A stretch of 46,129 bases of DNA from Chiloscyllium plagiosum. Lineage: Eukaryota. Location: positions 10,970,421 to 11,016,549 of the forward strand of contig NC_057753.1 of the NCBI RefSeq assembly GCF_004010195.1, written 5' to 3'. Each line of letters starts with the position of its first letter. Within the stretch, counting starts at the first letter, position 1. A model generated the notes under the pieces. It worked only from the letters and a program-made list of their open reading frames with translations, did no database searches and was not told the DNA's origin. This document shows positions 33,636 to 45,471 of this stretch, one piece after another. Both the position numbers and the translations under genes were made by a program.

Positions 33636-34091
33636 GGTAAGTTGCAGTGCAGTGAGGCTGGTCTGAACGATCCAGTGGGGGAGGGTGGTCATGGGAGGTG
33701 GAGGGGCATTCAACAAATGCAGCAGGGAAGAGGTCAGGACAAGCACGTACAGGGTTGCCCAGGAAAGTCCATGCGTAAAGGGAGGGAGTAGGAGAGGACA
33801 AAGGCAGAAAAGTGGCCACAGCAACCAGCAAAAGGGAGTAATTAGAGTCAGGGCGTTCCAAGGTGAGGCCCTGTGGAGAGCAGTGAATGGAAGCGTTCAG
33901 TTTGCAGACAGTCTGTCGACCGAGAAGGGTAAATGGACAAAAAGGGGAGATTATAACAGTGTTTGTAGTTTTTTTTAGAAGCTGCTGGAGTTTTGAAGAA
34001 GAAGTTACCTTTTCCCTCTCTCAGCTAGGAAATTCATTCCACTTTAAACTGGTGTGGGATAGTGTTCAAGTAACAACCAAAACTCACTGAG

Positions 34092-34421
34092 TGGCGAAAA
34101 TAGCCTCTTTGTTCAGCAATCACAGCACAAGGTCGAGGTGGTGATGGACCCTCGAAATACAGTTCTTACAGGAGCCCCTTTATACACAGTTCTTGCATAT
34201 CATTACTATAGTGTTACATTTTTAATCTGTAGTACACAAAGGTTTGAAGGGTTTCTGGCGAAAATAGCCTCTTTGTTCAGCAATCACAGCACAAGGTCGA
34301 GGTGGTGATGGACCCTCGAAATACAGTTCTTACAGGAGCCCCTTTATACACAGTTCTTGCATATCATTACTATAGTGTTACATTTTTAATCTGTAGTACA
34401 CAAAGGTTTGAAGGGTTTCTG
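34092..34421. repeat. 164-bp perfect tandem duplication inside the LTR
   Basis: Unit TGGCGAAAATAGCCTC...GAAGGGTTTC at 34092 and 34256. Confidence 0.95.
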
Positions 34422-34564
34422 TCCTGGGAGACAGGAGATGGGTTAAACGTGTGTGTTAACTGCTGGCTGCTATTCCTGATGGGATGTTTGTCCAGCCAGC
34501 TTGCATAATTAGAGGTGTTAGTTCTCCTGTCTTTTAAATTAGTAATTGTTAGTAAAAATACTAA

Positions 34565-35537
34565 TAGAACATAGAATGTTACAGGGCAGTACAGGCCCTT
34601 CAGCCCTCAATGTTGCACCAACTTGTGAAACCAGTCTGAAGCCCATCTAACCGACACTATTCTGTTTTCTTCCATATGTCTATCCAAAGACCATTTAAAT
34701 GCCCTTACAGTTGGCAAATCGACTACTGTTGCAGGCAGGGCATTCCATGCCCCTACTACTCTGAATAAAGAAACTACCTCTGACATCTGTCCTATAGCTT
34801 TAATTTAAAGGATGATATGTCCCCTCATGCTAGGCATCACTAGAGGAAAAAGGCTCTCACTGTCCATCCTGTCTAATTCTCTGATTATCTTATATGTCTC
34901 AATTAAGTCACCTCTCAATCTTCTTCTCTCCAACAGAAACAGCCTCAAGTCCCACAGCCTCAAGTCCCTCAGCCTTCCCTCTATACCAGGTAACATCCCA
35001 ATAAATCTCCTGTGAACTCTTTCCAAAGCTTCCACATTCTTCCTATAAGGCAGTGACTAGAACTGTACGCAATACTCAAAACACCGCCGCATCAGAGTTT
35101 TGTACAGCTGCAGTATGACTTCATGGTTCTGAAACTCAATCCCTCTTCTAAAATAAGCTAACGCACCATATGCCTTCTTAACAACCCTATCAACCTGGTT
35201 GGCAACTTTCAAGAATCTATGTACATGGACATCGAGATCTCTCTGCTCATCTGCATTACCAAGAATATTACCATTAGCCCAGTTATCTGCATTTCTGTTA
35301 CTACTTCCAAAGTGAAGCACCTCACACTTTTCCGCATTAAACTCCATTTGCCACCTCTCAGTCCAGCTCTGCATCTTTTCCATGTCCCTCAGTAACCTAC
35401 AACATCCTTCTGCACTATCCACAACTCTACCAATTTTAGTGTCATCTGCAAATGTATTAACCCATCCTCCTCCGCCCTCATCCAGCACATTTATAAAAAT
35501 GACAAACAGCAGTGGACTCAAAACAGATCCTTGCGGT
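34565..35537 (-). mobile_element. CR1-type LINE RT C-terminus and 3' end
   Basis: [44 protein letters not shown]. Confidence 0.92.
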
Positions 35538-36817
35538 ACTAGGCCTACATGCTCGAAATAAGTTAGAAAGCATAATAAAAGAATAAAGAATATCAAAGTG
35601 ATTACTGCGGCTGTATGCTAAGATTTATTTGCAAATTGCCAGTATGAGTTTCATTCATTCATGCAATTTCATGCAAGCTCTATTTTGTCAGTTAGTTTCT
35701 TAAACGGGTAATGGCTTAGTTAAAAGGTATTTAATAGGTAACATTTCATGGAGACTTGCTGGGAATGGTATTGTTCTGTATGCTGAAATTAACACTGCAT
35801 GTAGGAGGGACTGATAAAGTGTGGAAATGCAGTCACGGGTTTGAAAGGATCGTTTTTAAATTTGGATACTGTGGAACTGAGGTTTTATGAATGAATGTGT
35901 TATAGTAAGTAGGTTAGTAAAGGGTTATGAATAGATGGATGGGAATCCAGTATTAATGAATGTACTGAGCTGGGAGTGAGTTAATAAAGATAGCCTACAA
36001 CACAGTATCTCATAAGACAATATCTCACATTGGTCTCCTACAAGCTGTGAATTAAATTTCTAGGATCTTCGTGGTTATACAGTCGTAGAGTCTGACACTA
36101 TGGAAACAGACTCTTTGGTCCAACAAGTCCATGCCGAACATAATCCCAAACTTAACTAGTCCCACCTGCCTGTTCCTAGCCCATATCCCTCTATCCATTT
36201 CCCATCCAAGTAGTCACCCAAATCATGAGAAATACCAAAGGAATTCACTCTTTTTGAAAATTTCCAACAACAGTTGCCCACCCTCTCACCCTAAACCTGT
36301 GCCCTCCAGTTCTGGACTCCCCCAACTGGAAGCTAGAAGCTGGGGTTTCTATGCTGGGTTACCTGAAATTGCCTTTTTCCCCCCAAGGGGTGCGTTTATG
36401 GGATGTTACAAGATAGAAAGTGTTAATTAGTAATAGTTACTGCATCTACTATTCTGTTAAGTTTTCTAATCGGGTTAAGTTATTCCAAATTCCTCTTTCT
36501 TTGCTTGTATTTTAACTATTTTGTTTGAATAAATTGTGTTTTGCTTAACCTCAAGAGTGGAGGTTGATCCCCCTCTGAGAATTAAACACCCAAAGAGAAG
36601 CATCTTATCGTGTACTCTGTAAAAAGACTGTGGAAAGTGGTGTAAGCTTCTTTCAGCAAGTCTTAGTTGTTATATAAAATAAATCTCTGACAGTCACTTT
36701 AAAAATAACAAGTGATCATTTACTTATCTAACTCGAACACTGAACAAATTAAACTATTAACAAACCAAATAAATCCCTTCTAACTATTAACTATTCACAA
36801 ATAAAATAAGATTTTCG

Positions 36818-37378
36818 TAGACTCACAGAGATGCACAGCATGGACACAGAGCCTTCGGTCCAACTTATCCATGCCAACCAGATACCCGAAATCAATCTAT
36901 CCCTTTTGCCAGATCTTGGCCCATGTCCACTAAATCTTTCCTATTCATACACCCATCCAGATGCCTTTTAAATGTAGTCATTGTACCAGCCTCCACCACT
37001 TCCTCTGGCAGCTCAGTTCATACATGCACCACTCTGTGCATGAGAAAGTTGCCCCTTAGGTTCCTTTAAAATATTTCCCCTCTCATCTGAAACTTATGCC
37101 CTCTAGTTCTGAACTCCTGCGCCACAGGGAAAAGACCTTGTCTATTTACCATATCCATGCCCCTCATGATTTTATAAATATCTATGTTACCCCTCAGCCT
37201 CCAATGCTCCAGGGAAAATAGCCCCAATCTGTTCAGCCTCTCCCTGTAGCTCAAACCCTTTAACCCTCGCAGAACCCTTGTAAATCTTTTCTGAACCCTT
37301 CCAAGTTTCACAACATCCTTCCTAGAGCAGAGAGCCCAGAATTGCATGCAATATTTCAACAGGGGAGTCACCAATGTC
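36818..37378 (-). mobile_element. CR1/HER1 3' end
   Basis: LKYCMQFWAL..RVQKRFTRVLRGLKGLSYRERLNRLGLFSLE; a further 3' piece at about 36080-36330. Confidence 0.88.
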
Positions 37379-37739
37379 TCTCTGAAGAGGGATTTAAAGT
37401 AATATTTACAACCATTATATTACCACAAGGAAATCAAGTTAGTTGGACATGACTTTCCCTTAGCAATTTGTTTTGGCTGTCCTTCATTAACCTATGCTTT
37501 TTCACTTTAAAAAATATTTTCTGGGATGTGATTGTTGCTAGCACGTCCAACATTTGCTCACCATCCCTCATGGCCCTTGGACCGAGTAATTGACTCTCAA
37601 CTGCCTTCAAGCATGTAGTCAACAACATGGCTGTAGGTCTGGAGTCACATGGTGTGCGCGCATGCATGCGCAGGGTTGATGAATGAATAAATTGATTTCC
37701 CTCCCTAAAAGGGCAGTTTCACAACAATCAATAATGGTT

Positions 37740-37930
37740 GGAGAAACACAACAGCTCTGGCAGCATCTATGAAGAGATGACAGTGTCAATGTTTGGAGTC
37801 CAGTGGCCTTTCAAAACTTGGCTGGATTCAAAACATTAATGTTTTCTCTCCACAGATGCTGCCAGACCTGCTGTGTTTCCCCAGCAATTATGCCTTTTTT
37901 TCTGAACTCCAATATCTGCAATTCATTGTT
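37740..37930. mobile_element. Old inverted Penelope-terminus insert
   Basis: TCTGGCAGCATCT at ~37756 versus AGATGCTGCCAGA at ~37854. Confidence 0.6.
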
Positions 37931-38207
37931 TTATACAATAATAGTTTCTTGGTTGTCAGTACTGAGACAAACGTTCACTTCCAGATCTCTTCTATTAGTT
38001 GAATATAAATTCCACTAGCAGCCAGAATGGGATTTGAATTTTTGTCCTTAGAAGACCTAGACCTTACTCAACCAGTATCACTAGGCCACAGTCTTCCCTT
38101 CACTGACAATTTTCTCCTGAATATTTCCCTCTATTCATTCGTGGGATGTGGCACCTTGTCTCCCAGAAAACCAAGTGCCATTTCAAAGGGCAGTTAAGAG
38201 TCAACCA

Positions 38208-38248
38208 CATTACTGTGGATCATTACTGTGGATCATTACTGTGGATCA
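38208..38248. repeat. 13-bp tandem repeat x3
   Basis: (CATTACTGTGGAT)3. Confidence 0.9.
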
Positions 38249-38559
38249 AGCGTGACACATTCACCAAACCGGGGAAGGACTAAAGATTCCCTTCCTTAAA
38301 AAAGTTATTAGTGAACAAGATAGGTCCTTATGATAATTGATTAGATCACCAAAGCAGCGATAAGCTTTATATTCCAGTTGTATTAATTGATTTCAAACTG
38401 CATCAGGGCCACAGCTGCAATTTAAAACTCCAGATGTTAAATCTAGTAACAATGCCAAAATGCCACCAACTCCCTACAATCCCTAAGTTTCCCAACACTG
38501 ACTGGCCTGGAGTTGCCAGTTGTATCCTTTACCCCTTTATTATTTACTATTCAATTCAG

Positions 38560-39445
38560 CCTATTGAGTCGACTCTGCCATTCAGATCAGGATTGGAGTT
38601 GATGTTTACCAGACACTTTCCTGCAGTTTCCCCCTAATCCTCAATTCCTTTACTGACTAAAACATCCACTTTAGCCTTGAATGCACTTAAATAATCCAGG
38701 CTCAACGGCCCTCTGTAGTAACAAGTTCTACAGATTTACTGAACTGAGGAGAATTTCCTATCTATCCTAAACACGCAATCCCTTATTCCCTCTGGTCCTA
38801 GACTCACCAACAAGGGCAAACTTTCCCATAACTCGCCTGTGACGTCTCCTCAGAATCTCGTATGTGACAATATGGTTACCTCTATTTCGTCTACCTTCTA
38901 ATAAGTACAGGCCCAACCGATTCACTTCTCCTCATAAGACATTCCTTCCATACCTGATATCATCCTGGTTAACCTTCTCTGGACCACCTCCAATGCCAGT
39001 ATATCTTTCCATACGTAAAGGACCCAAAGCTATTCACAGTGTTCAGTTGTGGCCTGACAGGTGCCTGACTATAGGTTCACTATAACCTCCCCATTTTTAT
39101 ACTCTATTTAAAGGCCAAGCTCCCATTTTCCTTCCCTATAACAGTATCCATTGAATATAGATGAAGAAACTCATGGATGTGGGCTTCCAAATCCATCTAT
39201 TCCGCAGCTTTCTCCATTTAATATTCAGCTCTTCACCTCCTGCCAAAGTGCACAACATCATATTCCCACATTATGTTCCATCTGCCAAGTTTTTTTGCTC
39301 ATTTGCTTAACATATCTAAATCCCTCTGCAGATGGTTCATGTCATCCTCACCACCTGCCTCCCCATCAACTGTCTCTTCTGCAAACTTGGCAATAAACAT
39401 ATTGCAAATAATTTTGGCCCCAGCACTGATCCCTGTGGTACAGAT
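38560..39445 (-). mobile_element. Old CR1-type fragment
   Basis: IAKFAEETV..LQRDLDMLSK (FADDT-like) and decayed 3' region. Confidence 0.6.
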
Positions 39446-40229
39446 CACCCACTGATCGTCCTGTGGGTGCTGGGAATATAGAAAACATGACAAAATGGTT
39501 CATTGGAGGAGAAATGGACCGTTTAGGAGGAGTGAAGTGATTGCTTTTGGCCATCTTGCCAGAAAAACACGTTGAAAGGATTCTTAAAAGGTGGGTAAAC
39601 AAGTGTTGTGGCATAACACTTCAGACACCGCAAACTGTAAGACTATTTTCCAGTGGAAGAAAAAGACATTTCTTATTTCTAAAAGAACTGGGAAAGAGAA
39701 GAAGGGAGAAAATCTGAGTTGGGAGCTATTATTTGTTGAGGATGTTGCTTCATTGTTGTGTTAGTTTGGATCATAATTTTAAAATGCGTGCCACTGCTTT
39801 CTAATCTTGCTCTAGGCTTGCCCTTCCCCCATCTCTAACATCCTTCATCCCCACATCTCTCAGATTTCTCTGTTCTGCCAATCTGATGTCATGTATATCA
39901 CTGGTTTTCAAAGCTCCAAAACTGGAAGTAATGCCATCAGCTATCTGGGCCCCAAGTTCTGACTAAATACCTCTCTCCTCAAAACGTACATCTCTTGCCC
40001 GAATATCTCCGCATGTCAAATTTTGCTTGATAGTATCTCTGTGCGATGCCTTAAAATGCCTTATTACATCAAAGGCTATATATAAACCCAAGTTGTAATG
40101 ATTCCTTTGAAAAAACTTTTCCATTACTTTGTCCAACCAAGTACAATTCAAATAAAACACATTGCATTAATTATTTTTCAAGTTAACAAAATTACTGACA
40201 TCTGTCAGAGGTTCTCCAGAAAAGTATAA

Positions 40230-40493
40230 ACATAGAACATAGAACAATACAGCACAGAACAGGCCCTTCGGCCCATGATGTTGTGCCGAACATTTGTCCT
40301 AGCTTAAGCACCTATCCATGTACCTATCTCTATACCTTCCACCCTTCACCTTAAATTTATGTCCCCTTATACACTCTGTTGTACCCGGGGAAAAAGTTTC
40401 TGATTGTCTACTCTATCTATTCCTCTGATCATCTTATAAACCTCTATCAAGTCACCCCTCATCCTTCGCCGTTCCAACGAGAAAAGGGCTAGC
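40230..40493 (-). mobile_element. CR1-type 3' fragment
   Basis: LFSLERRRMRGDLIEVYKMIRGIDRVD; (ACATAGA)n tail. Confidence 0.82.
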
Positions 40494-40924
40494 ACATAAA
40501 CTGGGACAAGATGACAGCCCAGCATAAAGTGACAAAGGTAGGAATACATGACTACCAACTGTATTTTGGGTTGTATAAATCTTAGCCTGCCAAAGTTATT
40601 TTCTAAAAGATTTTAATTCAGCGCATGAAATGGTTTGTTGGTCAGACTAGAATCATCACCCTCAAATGAGACAATATCATTAATGTCAATGAACTGCTTT
40701 TTTTTTGTTAAAAAGCACAAGTTCTTGATTTATTTTCACAACTTGCCGGTATTCACACCTGCACATTCAATGTCAAACTCTGCCATCAGAAATGAAATTA
40801 CACCATTAATATTGCCTTACAATAACACAACAAACAAATTAACAGCACACACTGAACACCAAGTCTGATTAATATGTAATTAAATTTAACCAAAAAGTTT
40901 AAAATCAAGATGGGAGATAACAAA

Positions 40925-41407
40925 TTGTGAAAATTAAAAGGGGTCAGAAAAGATTTACAAGGATGTTGCCAGGGTTGGAGGATTTGAGCTGTAGGGAGAG
41001 GCTGAACAGGCTGGGGCTGTTTTCCCTGGAGCGTCGGAGGCTGAGGGGTGACCTTATAGAGGTTTACAAAATTATGAGGGGCATGGATAGGGTAAATAGG
41101 CAAAGTCTTTTCCCTGGGGTCCAGAACTAGAGGCATTGGTTTAGGGTGAGAGGGGAAAGATATAAAAGGGACCTAAGGGGCAACTTTTTCACACACAGGG
41201 TGGTACGTGAATGGAATGAGCTGCCGGAGGAAGTGGTGAGGGTGGTACAATTGCAACATTTAAGAGGCATTTGGATGGGTATGTGAATAGGAAGGGTTTG
41301 GAGGGATATGGGCCAGGTGGGTCTAGATTGGGTTAGGATATCTGGTCAGCATGGACGGGTTGGACCGAAGGGTCTGTTTCCATGATGTATATCTCTATGA
41401 CTCTATA
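40925..41407 (+). mobile_element. CR1/HER1 3' end, well preserved
   Basis: QKRFTRMLPGLEDLSCRERLNRLGLFSLERRRLRGDLIEVYKIMRG; 3' CTATGACTCTAT. Confidence 0.9.
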
Positions 41408-41589
41408 AATGGGGGAAGGGCAGAAGGCAAGAAATGCACCATCATAGAAGGTGCTCCTCCAGGGAGTGTATTTCACCAACTATAACTGCTCAGTATAAAC
41501 AAACACTCTGACATGACCCTCTGGTTTTAATGTAAACCACAGCCCCATACACAGTAGGCACCATTTAAACAAGTTAATAGATACAAGCC

Positions 41590-41790
41590 TTGAGCAAATC
41601 CAGCCTCCAGCCGGACCCCCCGCTTCTTGGAGCTCGGACCTTCCTCCAGCTCCGGGGGGTTGTTGAGCTCCTGGGCTCCGGAAGCCGCGGGCGCTGGCTC
41701 TCTCTCCTCCACCGCCGACATTTTTAATTTGTTTTCACGTTCACCCGGTAACCGTCACCTCCCCCTTCCCGGGCCCCGGGAATTATACAC
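41590..41790 (-). other. CpG-rich candidate first coding exon/promoter of an unidentified gene
   Basis: Local CpG-rich patch; AAAATGTCGGCG start at 41721 giving MSAVEEREPAPAASGAQEL..PSSKKRG; no convincing GT donor found. Confidence 0.4.
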
Positions 41791-41951
41791 AAATAAACAA
41801 TAAACCCCACCGGGGACTGTCTCCTTTCCTTCACAACTTTTGTTTGGAAAGTTCTGGCTTTAATCTGAAATGTATTTTAAAGATATTTTCTATCCCCGGG
41901 TCCTAGTATCACATAGTGGTGAATTCATCTTCTCTACGTCAACTCTATCCA

Positions 41952-42560
41952 GTCATAGAGTCGCACAGTGAGGAAACAGACACTTTGGTCCAATCAGTCA
42001 ATGTCAACCTTAATCCCAAACTAAACTAGTCCCACCCTCCTGCCCTTGGTCCAATATCCCTCCAAACATTTCTTCTTCATGTACTTATCCAAATGTCTTT
42101 TAAATGTCTGTGTGGAGTTTGCACAATCTCCCAGTGTCTGCGTGGGTTTCCTCCGGGTGCTCCGGTTTCCTCCCACAGTCCAAAGATGTGCAGGTTAGGT
42201 GAATTGGCCATGCTAAATTGCCCGTAGTGTTAGGGGCATTAGTCAAAGGGAAATGGGTCTGGGTGGGTTAATCTTCGGAGGGTCGGTGTGGACTGGTTGG
42301 GCCGAAGGATCTGTTTCCACACTGTAGGGAATCTAATCTAAATCTAAAAAAAATTGGATGTACCCACATCCACCACTTCCTCTGAAATTTCATTCCACAT
42401 ACGAACCACTCTCTGTGTAAACCTGTTCCTCCTTGTTTTGTTTTTAAATCTTCATGTTCTCACCTTAAAAATATGTCCCCTAGTCTTGAAGTCCCTCAGC
42501 CCAGGGAAAAGATCCCTGACATTCAACTTATCTATACTCCCCATGAGTTTATAAATCTCT
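41952..42560 (-). mobile_element. CR1 3' end interrupted by an HE1 SINE (+, 42105-42347)
   Basis: GTCATAGAGTCGCACAG..GAAACAGAC UTR; canonical HE1 body with AATCT tail inside. Confidence 0.82.
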
Positions 42561-42995
42561 ATGATGAGGAGTCATCTGGAATTGAAACATTAGCTTGCCC
42601 TCTCTGCGGGGACGCTGCCTGACCCGCTGAGATCTCCAGCACTTGTTCTTTTCAAAACAGATTCCAGCATCCGCAGCAATGCGCTCCTAAATTTTGTACC
42701 CAATTGGCTAGCTCTCCCAGACCCCATGAGATTTAAACTTACTCAACAATTTAGCATGCAGTAGGCAATAAAGTTTTCACCACCCACCTCTTTCAGTGCC
42801 CATGGGCAGCATGGTGGATCAGTGGTTAGCACTGCTGCCTCATAGCTCCATGGACCCAGGTTCAAATCCAGCCTCGGGGTGACTATCTGTGTGGAGTTTG
42901 CACATGATCCCCCCTGGAGTCTGTGTGGCTTTCCTCCCGTAATCAAAAGACGTGCATGGTGTATTGGCCATGCTAAACTGACCAATAGTGTCCAG
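42560..42995 (+). mobile_element. Penelope terminus (42560-42688) and HE1 5' part (42803-42995)
   Basis: ATGATGAGGAGTC..GAAACATTAG..GCTGCCTGACCCGCTG; A/B boxes at 42810-42870. Confidence 0.7.
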
Positions 42996-43004
42996 GAGAA
43001 AATC

Positions 43005-44740
43005 AGGACTGGAGATCAGAGTCAAAAGGTGTGGTGCTGAAAAAGCACAGCCAGTCAGGCAGCATCTGAGGAGAAGGAAAGTTTTAATGCTTTGAGTATA
43101 AGTTTTTCATCCGGAATATGGGGGAGCCCCAAGGGGGCTGAGAGAAAAATAGGAGTGGGTTAGGGCTGGGGGAAAGGTAACTGGGAATGCAATAGGTAGG
43201 TGGAGATGGGGGTTGATGTTGATATGTCAGAGTGGAGTGGTTAGGTGGGGAAGAAGATGGACAGGTAGGACGGATCAAGATGGTGGTGGCAAATTGGAGG
43301 GTTGGGTCTGGGATAAAGTGGGGGGAGGGGAGGGGAGGAAACTGGTGAAATCAACATTGATCCCATGTGGTTAGAAGGGCCCAAGGTGAAAGGTGAGGCA
43401 TTCTTCCTCCAATTTTGCAGAGGGGTCCGCGGCCTTACATGTCCTTGGCAGAGTGGGAGGGGGAGTTGAAGTGTTCGGCCACAGGACGGTGGCGTTGTTT
43501 AGTGCGGGTGTCCCAGAGATGTTCTCTGAAACATTCTGCAAGTTGGTGTCCTATCTCCCCAATGTAAAGGAGACCATATCAAGACACAGTAGGTGACTTG
43601 TGTGGAAATACAGGTAAATCTATGTCGGATGTGGAAGGATCCTTTGGGGCCTTGCACGCAGGTGAGGGGGGAGTTGTGGGCGCAGGATTTGCACTTCGTG
43701 TGGTGGCAGGGAAAGGTGCTGAGAGTGGAAGATGGGTTGGTGGGGGGCGTGGACCTAATAAAGGAGTTGTGGAGGGAATGGTCTCTGTGGAATGCAGATA
43801 GGGATGGGAGGAATATATATCTCTGGTGGTGGGGTCTGTTTGTCCCTAGTGGAAATGGTGTCGGATGATGCATTATATCCAGAGGTTGTTGGGGTTGAAG
43901 GTGAGGGGTACTGTCCTTGTTGTGATTGGAGGGGTAGGGTTCAAGGGCGGATGTGCAGGAAGTGGACGATAAGTGCTGAAGGGCATCGTCGACCACTTGG
44001 GAGGAGAAATTGCAGTCCTTGAAGAAGGAGTCCATCTAGGATATTCGATGATGGAATTGGTCCTTCTTAGAGTAGATGCAGTGAAGGCGGATGAACTGGG
44101 AGTAAGGGATAGCGTTTCTAGAGGCGGCAGGTTGAGAAGAAGCACAGTCCAGGTAGATGTGGGAGTCGGAGGGTTTGAAGTTGTTGTCTGTGTTGAGTCT
44201 GTCAGCAGAAATGGAGATAGAAAGGTCCAGGAAGAGATGGTCAAGGATAACTTGAGGTCAGAGTGGAAGATGTTAGTAAAGTTGATGAACTGTTCAACCT
44301 TCTCGTCGGAGTACGAGGCAGTGTTCATCGATGCCATGGAGGAAAAGGTGGGGGATGGTGCTGCTGTAACTGTGTTAGATGGACTGTTCTATGTACCCAA
44401 AGAAGAGGGAGGCATAGCTGGGACCCATGTGGATGTCCATGGCTGCCTCTCTGATTTGGAGGAAGCGGAAGAATTTGAAGGAGAAAATGTTGAGGATGAA
44501 GACCAGTTCAGCCAATCAAATGAGTGTGTTAGTGGAAGGATACTGGTTAGGTCGGCGGGAGAGGAAGAAACAGAGGGCTTGGAGGCCTGCGTCATGGCGG
44601 ATGGATGTGTACAGGAACTGCTTGTCCATGGTGACACTGAGGCATTGGGGGACCAGGGAAACAAAAGTAATGGAGGAGGTGGAGGGCATAGATGGTGTCC
44701 CAAACGTATGTGGGGAGATCCTGAACCAAGGGGGACAGGA
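43005..44740 (-). mobile_element. Penelope-like retroelement remnant: RT C-terminus, GIY-YIG region, pLTR
   Basis: MGPSYASLFFGYIEQ, FLHGIDE (YIDD-like), EQFINFTNIFHSDLKL, FPCHHTKCKSCAH, QGPKGSFHIRHRFTC, IGETG; frameshifted. Confidence 0.88.
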
Positions 44741-44750
44741 TGGCATCATG

Positions 44751-45152
44751 GGTGTGCAGGTTAGGATGGATTGGCCATGCTAAATTATCCATAGTGCCCA
44801 AGGATGTGCAAGTTAGGGTGGATAGGCTATGCTAAATTACCCATAGCGCCCAGGGATGTGCAGGTTAGGATAGATTGGCTATGCTAAATTACCCATAGTG
44901 CCCAGGGATGTGCAGGTTAGGGTGGATTGGCCGTGCTAAATTACCCATAGTGCCCAGGGATGTGCAGGTTAGGGTGGATTGGCTGTGCTAAATTACCCAT
45001 AGTGCCCAGGGATGTCTAAATTAGGTGCATCAGTCAGGGATAAATGTAGACCAATAGGGGTAGAGGAAATGGTCTGGGTGGGTTACCGTTCGGAGGGTCG
45101 GTGTGGACTCGTTGGGCCCTAGTGGGCCTGCTCCCACACTATAGGGATTCTA
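44751..45152 (+). repeat. HE1-type SINE with 52-bp core amplified 5 times
   Basis: Units start at 44751, 44803, 44855, 44907, 44959 (GATGTGCAGGTTAGGGTGGATTGGCCATGCTAAATTACCCATAGTGCCCAGG), then a normal SINE 3' end. Confidence 0.92.
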
Positions 45153-45174
45153 TGAGGGGAACAGATAATTGCAA

Positions 45175-45471
45175 ACCGCGTTGTCCACCCGGACCGCTGC
45201 AGGAAAGCGCAGGCGCAGTGCGAGCCGGCCGTCCGGAGCAGGCGCAGTGCGGGGGCCCGCTGTCGGCTTCGCCCCGCCCCGCCCCGCCCCCTCGCGCCAC
45301 CGGTGACGTCACAACGCGGAAGTGGCCCTGTCAGTTCGAGTGAAACTCCCTTCCTCTGGGCAACTCCTCATCCCGGGGGCGCGCGGGGCTGGGGCTGGGG
45401 CTGGTTCAGGTTCACTTGTAGCAACTGGAGTGAATCCTGGGAGGGAGCAGACTCTGCAAACTCAGGTATGT
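45175..45471 (+). promoter_or_regulatory. CpG-island promoter and non-coding exon 1, probably of a ZNF gene beyond the window
   Basis: NRF1-like GCGCAGGCGCAGT 45207-45219 and variant at 45236, GC boxes 45271-45290, CRE TGACGTCA 45304-45311, ETS CGGAAGTG 45317-45324, donor CAG|GTATGT at 45465/45466. Confidence 0.78.

Larger units (their letters stand above)
32290..33960 (-). mobile_element. pol: Class I (gamma/epsilon-like) ERV pol remnant: protease C-terminus, 2H domain, RT N-terminus, RNase H
   Basis: CPFTLLGRQTVCKLNASIHCSPQGL (protease, ~33870-33940); VPPSLWAQH..PSIRQYNLS..IKPVIDSHLQQGIL and PCNTPILPIPKPGKPGQWKSVPDLRTVNAIV (RT); RYAFGVEHNFGTL*KQ (RNase H, ~32520-32565). Confidence 0.88.
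34050..36029 (-). mobile_element. LTR (same family as 18170-19175) split by a CR1 insertion
   Basis: Minus strand starts TGTGAGATATTG, ends CCCACACCA; shares CATGAAATTGCATGAATGAATGAAACTCA and CCATCACCACCTC; TATAAA present. Confidence 0.72.

Noticed and set aside
18170..36029. The two related LTRs as ends of a single provirus
   Set aside because: They are inverted relative to each other and substantially diverged
43973..44764. 263-aa plus-strand ORF
   Set aside because: Antisense to the Penelope RT; composition explained by the opposite strand
44760..44975. TTAGGG hexamers as telomeric sequence
   Set aside because: Isolated single copies within the SINE unit
44751..45015. Regular repeats resembling a CRISPR array
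   Set aside because: Head-to-tail units with no unique spacers, derived from the HE1 core, in a vertebrate context
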